This document shows positions 7,070-14,280 of a stretch of DNA of 14,304 nucleotides, piece by piece. Position 1 is the first letter of the stretch, and each line of letters starts with the position of its first letter. The notes under the pieces were generated by a model. It saw only the letters and a list, made by a program, of their open reading frames with translations. It did not search any database and had not been told where the DNA came from. The position numbers were made by a program, and so were the translations under genes. The stretch is taken from positions 1 to 14,304 of the forward strand of contig JBNAWM010000031.1 in assembly GCA_049699855.1 (NCBI GenBank), in the 5' to 3' direction. The stretch comes from Candidatus Cryosericum sp. (GTDB lineage: Bacteria > Caldisericota > Caldisericia > Cryosericales > Cryosericaceae).

Positions 7070-8706
7070 CACTCCACCGATCCGGTTACGTGGTAGAACG
7101 CCTGGCCGCCGAAGTACGCCTGGATCTCAAGGTCGGGGAACTCATCGGTCAAGGCCGCGGTGATGGCATCAAACTCTGCTTCAGAGTAATCGGATCCGCG
7201 ATAAATCGAAAGCAGAGACTTGTCGTCCCAGAAGAGTCTGGAGTCTTTGAGATGCGCCAGAGCCTCCTGGACGGATTGTCCCAATCCCACAAGGCTATCG
7301 TCAACCAACAGCATGAAGTCCCCTTCGTGAACCGTCATACCGGAGACGGTGGCGTCCTTGGTTGCCTGCGTCACAGAGAAGAAGTCGGTCGCGCTGATTG
7401 CCTCGGTCGCCACAGAGATCACGTCCTCATCGGGACCGCAGGATGCGAGCTGGACCAGTGCCGCTATGGCCTGAACAGGATGCCGTGAGTCAAGCACCTG
7501 CACGTCTTTGCCTGCGAGACTGGCCGCCTGTCTTGCTGCCATGATGATGTTCTTGTTGTTGGGAAAGACAAGAAATGACTTTGCATTGCACGCTTGGATG
7601 GGGTGCAGGAACGACTCTGTGGGTGGATTCATCGTGTCACCACCTCCCACAATGATGTGGGCTCCCAGCTTGCGGAAGATCTCGTCGAAGCCGGCTCCGG
7701 GCGAAACAACGACATAGGCACGGTCGAGTTCCTGGTCAGGGCAGCCCGGCTGATCGCTGGTGTCTGCTGAGCGTTTTTCGCTGGCAGCATTCACGCCAGC
7801 GGTGTATTGATCTGCTTCGTACTGCATGTCTTCGATGCGGCCTTCCCTGATCGGTGCAAACTGCATGAGATATTTGATGGTATCGTAGGGCTCATTCGTA
7901 TGGACGTGGATCTTGGTGAGGCCGCCCGCCGAGGCCATGACAAGGCTGTCACCGTGCTCCGTCAGTTTTGCGCGAACCTCTTCTTCAGGCAGTGAGTCAG
8001 AAGCTACCAGCATGACTGTGTCGTACCGATAGGTCAACTCCTCCTGGCTGATCTGTTCTTCGGTCTCGTCTTCGAGGGTCAGCTGTGCAGGAGCCGGAGC
8101 TTCGCCACGAAGGTTCATCAGCATGCCTTCGAGAACAGTGACAAGCCCTTCTCCTCCGGCATCGACAACATGTGCCTCTGCAAGGGCAGGGAGCTGAGCC
8201 GTGGTCTCCTGTACCGCCTGTCGGCCGATTCTCACGATTTCTGTCATGTAGTCTGTATACTCGTCGAGCCTGAGGCTTGCTGAGGCTTCGGCCATGCGGC
8301 GAACGACGGTCAGGATCGTTCCCTCAACGGGGGTGACCACCGCCTTGTATGCGACCTCGGTCGCCTTGGTCAGCATCTGGCTGAAGTCGGCCGTCGAAAG
8401 GACGGCTTTGCTGTCGGCTGCGGTCGCCATGCCACGTATGATCTGTGAGAGGATCACCCCGGAGTTGCCGCGCGCGCCTATCAGCGATCCGGAGGAAAGC
8501 GCAGAAACAAATTCCTTCATATTCTTGGGGTGAACGCGGTCCGCTTCTTCAAGAGCGGTTTTGAGCGTGAGAGACATGTTTGTTCCCGTATCTCCGTCGG
8601 GGACAGGAAACACATTCAGACTGTTGACATACGACTTGCGTGACTCAAGGCTGGCAAGCCCGGCCTTGAAGAGCTCTTCCAGCTCGATATAGCCTATTTC
8701 TTTCAA
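7069..8706 (-). CDS. DAK2-domain protein, fatty acid kinase catalytic subunit FakA/YloV family
   Basis: Motifs NSLNVFPVPDGDTGTNM, GARGNSGVILSQ, PVEGTILTV, VVDAGG, KIHVHT, GGDTMNP, PNNKNI and GGQ. Best start is TTG at 8706 preceded by SD GGAGG; sits after Asp23 and opposite rpmB as in the conserved rpmB/yloU/yloV arrangement. Confidence 0.93.
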   Translation of the reverse strand: MKEIGYIELEELFKAGLASLESRKSYVNSLNVFPVPDGDTGTNMSLTLKTALEEADRVHPKNMKEFVSALSSGSLIGARGNSGVILSQIIRGMATAADSKAVLSTADFSQMLTKATEVAYKAVVTPVEGTILTVVRRMAEASASLRLDEYTDYMTEIVRIGRQAVQETTAQLPALAEAHVVDAGGEGLVTVLEGMLMNLRGEAPAPAQLTLEDETEEQISQEELTYRYDTVMLVASDSLPEEEVRAKLTEHGDSLVMASAGGLTKIHVHTNEPYDTIKYLMQFAPIREGRIEDMQYEADQYTAGVNAASEKRSADTSDQPGCPDQELDRAYVVVSPGAGFDEIFRKLGAHIIVGGGDTMNPPTESFLHPIQACNAKSFLVFPNNKNIIMAARQAASLAGKDVQVLDSRHPVQAIAALVQLASCGPDEDVISVATEAISATDFFSVTQATKDATVSGMTVHEGDFMLLVDDSLVGLGQSVQEALAHLKDSRLFWDDKSLLSIYRGSDYSEAEFDAITAALTDEFPDLEIQAYFGGQAFYHVTGSVE

Positions 8707-8726
8707 GATATCCTCCGGAACTTCCT

Positions 8727-9089
8727 CTATTGTTCTTCGCGCTCGACGCGGATCGACCACACGACAACATTCAGCTCAACCCTTTCCTCTGGCAGTCCGG
8801 TCATACTGCAAAAGACGTATCGGACCTGTGAAGAAATGGTGCGGGCGACTTCTGACACCCTGAGACCGTACTGGAGCCGGACGTGAACGGTCGCTTCGAT
8901 CACTCCATCTTTCCTGATCTGCACATCCACCCCCTTTGGTGAAGAGGCGAGGGTCAGTGCATGCGTGAAGCGCTCAGCAAATGAAACAGGTGCCAGCCCA
9001 GTGACGCCATAGACATTGAGCGTCGCCAGCCGGAGGATCTCCTCCATCGCATTCCTGCTCAGAACTACTCTACCTTTTGGATTATTCAT
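8727..9089 (-). CDS. Asp23/Gls24 family protein (YloU-like)
   Basis: 120 aa with YGVTGL, KGVDV and 'VHVRLQYGLRVSEVA..I..QVRY' pattern; SD GGAGAG; canonical position between rpmB and the DAK2 gene. Confidence 0.88.
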   Translation of the reverse strand: MNNPKGRVVLSRNAMEEILRLATLNVYGVTGLAPVSFAERFTHALTLASSPKGVDVQIRKDGVIEATVHVRLQYGLRVSEVARTISSQVRYVFCSMTGLPEERVELNVVVWSIRVEREEQ

Positions 9090-9118
9090 ATCTACTCTCC
9101 AGGCAAATGTGGTAATCG

Positions 9119-9127
9119 ATTATACCA
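9119..9127 (-). promoter_or_regulatory. Extended -10 promoter for the Asp23-DAK2-punA-pdp-cca operon
   Basis: Minus strand TGgTATAAT about 30 nt upstream of the Asp23 ATG; no convincing -35. Confidence 0.6.
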
Positions 9128-9133
9128 CCAAAC

Positions 9134-9161
9134 TTGAAATCCTTCGGCTTTGACGTAGAAT
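9134..9161 (+). promoter_or_regulatory. Sigma70-type promoter for rpmB
   Basis: TTGAAA (9134-9139), 16-nt spacer, TAGAAT (9156-9161); SD GGAGG follows at about 9178-9182. Confidence 0.7.
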
Positions 9162-9191
9162 TAATCCACTTTCCCATGGAGGTCCATCGAA

Positions 9192-9377
9192 ATGAGCAGA
9201 GTATGCGCTATATGCGGCAAGGGTCCAATGGTAGGAAACACGGTCAGTCACTCCGTTCGGCGTGATGCACGGCGGTTCCTGCCCAATCTTCACACAGTTC
9301 AGGTTGAGGTGAACGGCAAGGTTCAGAAGATCCGGGTCTGTGGCAAGTGTCTCAAAAAGCTCAAAGCCACGGCATGA
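9192..9377 (+). CDS. rpmB: 50S ribosomal protein L28, zinc-binding (C+) form
   Basis: [24 protein letters not shown] and [10 protein letters not shown]; 61 aa with both CxxC pairs; SD GGAGG. Confidence 0.98.
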   Translation: MSRVCAICGKGPMVGNTVSHSVRRDARRFLPNLHTVQVEVNGKVQKIRVCGKCLKKLKATA

Positions 9378-9393
9378 TCCAACGACCCATTCA

Positions 9394-10422
9394 ATGAGCG
9401 AAGAGCTTCGGAGCCTGTTGTGGACAGGCTCTTCTTTGTCTGTACTTGATCAGCTGAAGCTTCCGTTCCAGCTTGAGTGGATCGAGTGCACGTCGTACCG
9501 GCAGGTGTATTCGGTCATCAAGAACATGAATACTCGAGGCGCTCCCGCTATCGGGATCGCGGCCGCATATGGTATGGCTCTGGCCGCTAGAGAGGCGCTG
9601 TCGATGCCTGATCCCGCGCAGGCTGTGCGCGATGCAGGGGCGTTCCTCAAGAGCGCCCGCCCTACGGCCATCAATCTGGCATGGGCTGTGGACAGATGCC
9701 TTGCAGAAGGCGCTCCCAGCCTTGGCAGGAATGCAGAGGCTGTTGCAGCCGAGCTCACTGGGTTCGCCGACCGTCTTGCACGCGAAGACGAAGAGCGCAA
9801 CCTTGCGCTGTCAAAACACGGCGCCAGCCTTTTCCATGACGGGGACACCATCCTCACCATCTGCAACACGGGAGCTCTGGCGACCTATCGCTATGGAACG
9901 GCTTTCGGAGCCATTAATGAAGCCTATAAGCAGGGCAAGAAGATCGAGGTCATTGCGCTCGAAACGCGCCCTTATCTTCAGGGTGCCCGTCTTACCGCCC
10001 TCGAGCTTGTGATGGCAGGCATCCCGTTTCACTTGATCACGGACGGCATGGCCGGCTTCGTGATGTCGCATGGCATGGTTTCACAGGTCATCGTAGGTGC
10101 TGACAGGATCGCCGCCAATGGTGACTTTGCGAACAAGATCGGTACCTATCAGCTTGCCGTCCTGGCGAAGTATCATGGCCTGCCCTTCTACACGGCGGCT
10201 CCAATGAGTTCGTTTGACTTCTCGATAGCATCGGGTGCACAGATTCCCATCGAACAGCGGGACGAGAACGAGGTTCTGTCCTTGGCGGGTCAACGCATCG
10301 CAGCAAACGGTGCGCACGCTTACAATCCATCGTTCGACGTGACGCCGAATGAGCTTCTCTCGGGCATCATCACAGAAAGAGGCGTCTTCAGGCATCCTTT
10401 TGGAACTTGGGGGCAGGACTGA
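9394..10422 (+). CDS. mtnA: S-methyl-5-thioribose-1-phosphate isomerase (eIF-2B alpha-like family)
   Basis: Motifs LDQ.KLP, RGAPAIG, RPTAINL, TICNTGALAT (catalytic Cys), ETRPYLQGARLT, VGADRI (catalytic Asp), NKIGTY, IPIEQR and NPSFDVTP. ATG at 9394. Confidence 0.95.
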   Translation: MSEELRSLLWTGSSLSVLDQLKLPFQLEWIECTSYRQVYSVIKNMNTRGAPAIGIAAAYGMALAAREALSMPDPAQAVRDAGAFLKSARPTAINLAWAVDRCLAEGAPSLGRNAEAVAAELTGFADRLAREDEERNLALSKHGASLFHDGDTILTICNTGALATYRYGTAFGAINEAYKQGKKIEVIALETRPYLQGARLTALELVMAGIPFHLITDGMAGFVMSHGMVSQVIVGADRIAANGDFANKIGTYQLAVLAKYHGLPFYTAAPMSSFDFSIASGAQIPIEQRDENEVLSLAGQRIAANGAHAYNPSFDVTPNELLSGIITERGVFRHPFGTWGQD

Positions 10423-11393
10423 CGGGGAGGAAATCCCCATTTTCAGACAGCGGCGCGAGCCTTGGAGTTGCACATGATCCAAGAGCTGACGCCCCGCTGG
10501 AAAGTTCTGATGCATCCACTGAGGGCATCCTGAAGGTACGCCCAAGGGGTCCATATGCGCTGGCTGCGACATTTGGCTGTGGACAGATCTTCCGGTTCAC
10601 ACGGAAAGGCTCTGCCATTCAGGGCGCATGTGGCGGACTGGTGCTGTCGACGACGTCGGAACATGGCTGGTTCACGATTCACTCGGGGACGGGTGCCGGC
10701 AGTTTTCATGAGATCGAGGACTTTCTCGACCTCTCTCACGATGTGCGCGACCCCGCTCGCGAATCGGTGGCGTTTCTCGTTTCACGATTTCCCGAGCATG
10801 CCAGCGTTTTGCGCAAGGTATTCGCATATTCGCGCGGTGTCCACCTCCTGCGGCAGCCCACTCTCGAGACGGTCATCGGATATCTCCTCTCAGTGCAGTC
10901 CACCGTGAACCTCGTCGGACAGCGCCTCGAGACCCTGGCGCGGCTCTTCCCTTCCAACGGCAGAGTGCTCGGTGATACGTGTCTCTATGTTTTTCCAACC
11001 CTTGCTCAGCTGCACACGCTTTCAGACGATACCGTGGCAGCCCTTCGGCTGGGATATCGTTCGAAGTGGTTTCTCGAGATCGTGAACGGTCTCCCTGACG
11101 AATCGATGCTTGAGAGTCTCAAACAGGTGAGCTCCTCCGAGAGGCAGGCGTTCTTCCAGCGATTTGCCGGGGTCGGTCCAAAGGTGGCAGCGTGTATCGA
11201 TCTCTTTGCGTATGCAGATGACAGCGCCTTCCCCATCGATGTCTGGGTGGAGCGTGGCCTCAGGCACGTGCTGGGAATGACATCGGCGGACATTGCGCTC
11301 GTTCGGAGAAATGCGCTGCAAATTCTTGGTCCCCACTGCGGGCTGTTTGGAGAATACCTCTTCCGGTACGAGAGGGACGGCAGGGCACCCTGA
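10407..11393 (+). CDS. HhH-GPD DNA glycosylase, 8-oxoguanine glycosylase (Ogg1-like) family; start uncertain
   Basis: N-terminal TFGCGQIFRF, LLRQ, FPT, LGYR, HhH GVGPKVA (catalytic Lys), AFPIDVW (catalytic Asp) and C-terminal YLF. No in-frame ATG/GTG precedes the conserved N-terminal motif. Confidence 0.85.
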   Translation: MGAGLTGRKSPFSDSGASLGVAHDPRADAPLESSDASTEGILKVRPRGPYALAATFGCGQIFRFTRKGSAIQGACGGLVLSTTSEHGWFTIHSGTGAGSFHEIEDFLDLSHDVRDPARESVAFLVSRFPEHASVLRKVFAYSRGVHLLRQPTLETVIGYLLSVQSTVNLVGQRLETLARLFPSNGRVLGDTCLYVFPTLAQLHTLSDDTVAALRLGYRSKWFLEIVNGLPDESMLESLKQVSSSERQAFFQRFAGVGPKVAACIDLFAYADDSAFPIDVWVERGLRHVLGMTSADIALVRRNALQILGPHCGLFGEYLFRYERDGRAP

Positions 11394-11409
11394 TCCCCCA
11401 GCCTTTCTG

Positions 11410-12063
11410 CTATTTGCGAATCCTTTCGTCGACACCGTTTCTGGGACAAAGGTCACCGATGACGCATGCCGAGCATTGAGGCCTGCGGGCGTCGCACGTG
11501 GTGCGGCCATGGGCAATCATGGCATCGCAGAGCGCGTTCCAATGAGCCTTGGGAACGGCAGCCATGATATCCCGTTCAATTTGCTCAGGGTCGACGCTTT
11601 CGGTGAGTCCGATGCGATACGAAAGGCGCTTCACATGGGTATCGACCACAACCGTCTGCTGGCCGAAGGCGTGAGCAAGGACGACGTTCGCTGTCTTGCG
11701 CCCGACACCGGGCAGCTTTGTGAGGACGTCCATGTCTGGGGTGACGACGCCATTCCACTCCTCACAGAGAACACGGGAGGCAGACACGATGGATTTTGCC
11801 TTGTTGTGGTAGAAGCCGGTTGGCTTGATGAGCCCTTCTACGGCGGCGATCTCGGCGTGGCCGAGGCCGCAGGGGGTAGCAAAAGCCGCAAAGAGCGTCG
11901 GTGTGACCTTGTTCACCATGGCATCCGTACACTGAGCGCTGAGAATCGTTGCTATGAGCAGCTGCCATGGGTCGTTGAATTCAAGAGCGGTTCCCCGCTG
12001 AGGGTACGCCTTTTCGAGGGCGCTCACCACTTTGTTCGTATGTTTCTGCCTTGTGAATTCCAT
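11410..12063 (-). CDS. nth: Endonuclease III
   Basis: LLIATILSAQCTD, GFYHNKAK, LPGVGRKTANVVL, VDTHV and a C-x6-C-x2-C-x5-C [4Fe-4S] motif; SD GGGGAGG. Confidence 0.97.
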   Translation of the reverse strand: MEFTRQKHTNKVVSALEKAYPQRGTALEFNDPWQLLIATILSAQCTDAMVNKVTPTLFAAFATPCGLGHAEIAAVEGLIKPTGFYHNKAKSIVSASRVLCEEWNGVVTPDMDVLTKLPGVGRKTANVVLAHAFGQQTVVVDTHVKRLSYRIGLTESVDPEQIERDIMAAVPKAHWNALCDAMIAHGRTTCDARRPQCSACVIGDLCPRNGVDERIRK

Positions 12064-12077
12064 CCGGGCCTCCCCAC

Positions 12078-12107
12078 TTGACGCATCTCACCACTAAACA
12101 GTATACT
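12078..12107 (+). promoter_or_regulatory. Possible distal promoter upstream of tRNA-Val/thrS
   Basis: TTGACG (12078-12083), 18-nt spacer, TATACT (12102-12107). The palindrome AGTATACT also gives TATACT on the minus strand, where it could serve nth. Confidence 0.45.
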
Positions 12108-12210
12108 CATCATGGGCTTGTGCACTATGGAGCTGATGCATGCTTCAGCTGTCGCATCGCAGAGAGCCTCGCTTGAAATGCACTAAGCATGGGTCGCCGG
12201 GCACTTGGAC

Positions 12211-12238
12211 TTGCAGGCGAGCGCGTTTTGCGTATACT
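12211..12238 (+). promoter_or_regulatory. Proximal sigma70-type promoter for tRNA-Val/thrS
   Basis: TTGCAG (12211-12216), 16-nt spacer, TATACT (12233-12238), 19 nt upstream of the tRNA. Confidence 0.7.
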
Positions 12239-12257
12239 ACAGCAAGTCCGGTTTTGT

Positions 12258-12332
12258 GGGCGGTTAGTTCAGAGGTAGAACGCTTCGTTGACACCGAAGA
12301 GGTCAGAGGTCCGATTCCTCTATCGCCCACCA
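12258..12332 (+). tRNA. tRNA-Val(GAC); CCA encoded
   Basis: GGGCGGT/ATCGCCC acceptor stem, GTTC/GAAC D stem, CTTCG-TTGACAC-CGAAG anticodon arm, AGAGG-TCCGATT-CCTCT T arm, ACCA end. Confidence 0.95.
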
Positions 12333-12354
12333 TCTATTGTTCCAGGGAGCGGAC

Positions 12355-14280
12355 ATGGATATACAAATTGTGCTTGATGACGAGACTTCTCAGTATGCCT
12401 TCGGCGAAGGCGAGTCGATTCTCACGGCTGTTCAGAAACTTTTCCCTCAGCAGAAGCGTTCGATCGTGGCTGCCATTATCAACGGGTCGCTCGTTGACTT
12501 GACGACTGTTCCGACCACGGCTGACGATATCCATCTCATTACGACCACTACCCCCGAAGGGCTGGACGTTCTCCGTCACAGCGCGTCGCATATCATGGCC
12601 GAGGCGATCAAGGAATTGTATCCGGATGCCAAGCTTGCCATAGGACCATCCATCGATACGGGTTTCTACTATGACATCGATATGTCAAAGACGCTTTCTC
12701 CTGATGACCTTGCCGCAATCGAGCAGAAGATGCACGAGATCGCTGAGCGCGGCGAACACTTCGTTCGCGAGGATAAGCCGATTGCGGAGGCGATCGATTT
12801 CTTCAGAGAGCGCGGGGATCAGTACAAGGTCGAGATTTTGTCGGAGATTCCTGCAACAACAGTTTCGCTGTATACGCAGGGATCCTTCACAGATCTCTGC
12901 CGTGGGCCACACATTCCTTCTACCAGCTACCTCAAGCATTTCAAGCTGCTTTCGGTCGCCGGCGCCTACTGGCGTGGCGATGAGAAAAACAAGATGCTGC
13001 AGCGTATCTATGGGACGGCTTTCCCTTCCAAAGAGGAGCTTTCTGCCTTCCTGACGGCTCGCGAAGAAGCCGCAAAGCGCGATCACCGCAGACTTGGACA
13101 GCAGCTGGACCTGTTCAGCATCCAGGAGCAGGCAGGCGCCGGACTTGTTTTCTGGCACCCCAAGGGAGCAATCGTTCGCAAGGAGATTGAAGACTTCTGG
13201 CGTGCAGAGCACATCAAGAGGGGCTATGAGTTTGTCTACACACCCCACATTGCAAATCTTGAACTCTGGAAGACGTCCGGCCACTGGGGCTTCTATCAGC
13301 AGAACATGTACTCTCCTTTGCAGGTCGACGAGGACCAGTACATGCTGAAGCCGATGAACTGCCCATTTCATATCCTGATCTACAAATCACAGGTACGCAG
13401 TTATCGTGACCTGCCGCTTCGCTGGGCTGAGCTTGGTACGGTTTACCGGTATGAGAAGTCCGGCGTACTCCATGGTCTTCTCCGGGTGCGCGGCTTCACA
13501 CAGGATGATGCCCATCTGTTTGTGCGCCCTGACCAGATTGACGAAGAGGTTAAGGGGGTCCTGGACTTCACGCGTCACATGATCGAGACCTTCGGATTCA
13601 CCAAGTATAACATTTACCTCAGCACCCGACCGGAACACTCCGTTGGGACCGACGAAGGTTGGGAAATGGCGACCGAGGCCCTGAAGGTGGCTCTTGAGGA
13701 AATGCACCTTCCGTACAAGGTTGACCCCGGCGAAGGCGTCTTCTATGGCCCCAAGATCGATGTCAAGCTGGTGGATGCCATAGGCCGTGAGTGGCAGGGA
13801 CCCACTGTTCAGGTAGACTTCAACCTGCCCGAGCGGTTTGACGTCACCTACATCGGAGAGGACGGCAAGGAACACCGTCCCATCATGCTGCATCGCGTCG
13901 TTCTAGGGTCCATGGAGCGCTTCTTTGGTACGCTCATCGAACAGTACGCCGGTGCCTTCCCGCTCTGGCTGGCTCCTGTGCAGGTTGAGGTGGTTCCCAT
14001 CACTGACGTGCAGGAGGAATATGCCAAGGCGGTTTGTGCGAGGCTGCTGGAGCGCGGCATTCGTGCCAAAGTGGACATTCGCAGGGAGAAGATGCAAGCG
14101 AAGATCCGCGATGCCGAGATGCAGAAGGTCCCATACATTGCTGTCATAGGTGCCAAAGAAGCAGCAGTGGACTCGGTGGCCGTGCGCATGCGCCATGAAG
14201 GAGACATCGGCGTCATGACTGTGGACCAGTTCATCGATCGTCTGCTTACGGAGATCAAGGACAAGGTGATTTTCCCATAG
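12355..14280 (+). CDS. thrS: Threonine--tRNA ligase
   Basis: TGS domain, editing motifs RHSASH and DLCRGPH, RDHRRLG, KPMNCPFH, GLLRVRGFTQDDAH, FYGPKID, MLHR..LGSMERF and anticodon-binding domain; ATG at 12355 with SD GGGAG; 641 aa. Confidence 0.99.
   Translation: MDIQIVLDDETSQYAFGEGESILTAVQKLFPQQKRSIVAAIINGSLVDLTTVPTTADDIHLITTTTPEGLDVLRHSASHIMAEAIKELYPDAKLAIGPSIDTGFYYDIDMSKTLSPDDLAAIEQKMHEIAERGEHFVREDKPIAEAIDFFRERGDQYKVEILSEIPATTVSLYTQGSFTDLCRGPHIPSTSYLKHFKLLSVAGAYWRGDEKNKMLQRIYGTAFPSKEELSAFLTAREEAAKRDHRRLGQQLDLFSIQEQAGAGLVFWHPKGAIVRKEIEDFWRAEHIKRGYEFVYTPHIANLELWKTSGHWGFYQQNMYSPLQVDEDQYMLKPMNCPFHILIYKSQVRSYRDLPLRWAELGTVYRYEKSGVLHGLLRVRGFTQDDAHLFVRPDQIDEEVKGVLDFTRHMIETFGFTKYNIYLSTRPEHSVGTDEGWEMATEALKVALEEMHLPYKVDPGEGVFYGPKIDVKLVDAIGREWQGPTVQVDFNLPERFDVTYIGEDGKEHRPIMLHRVVLGSMERFFGTLIEQYAGAFPLWLAPVQVEVVPITDVQEEYAKAVCARLLERGIRAKVDIRREKMQAKIRDAEMQKVPYIAVIGAKEAAVDSVAVRMRHEGDIGVMTVDQFIDRLLTEIKDKVIFP

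Noticed and set aside
9373..10482. 10-bp direct repeat CATGATCCAA at 9373-9382 and 10473-10482 flanking mtnA, as a possible insertion scar
   Set aside because: A single 10-mer match is within chance for 14 kb; no transposase, inverted repeats or compositional shift.
11293..12081. 262-aa plus-strand ORF
   Set aside because: Codon-aligned antisense of nth; no independent evidence.
12685..14264. Minus-strand ORFs of 228, 168 and 138 aa
   Set aside because: Antisense shadows of thrS.
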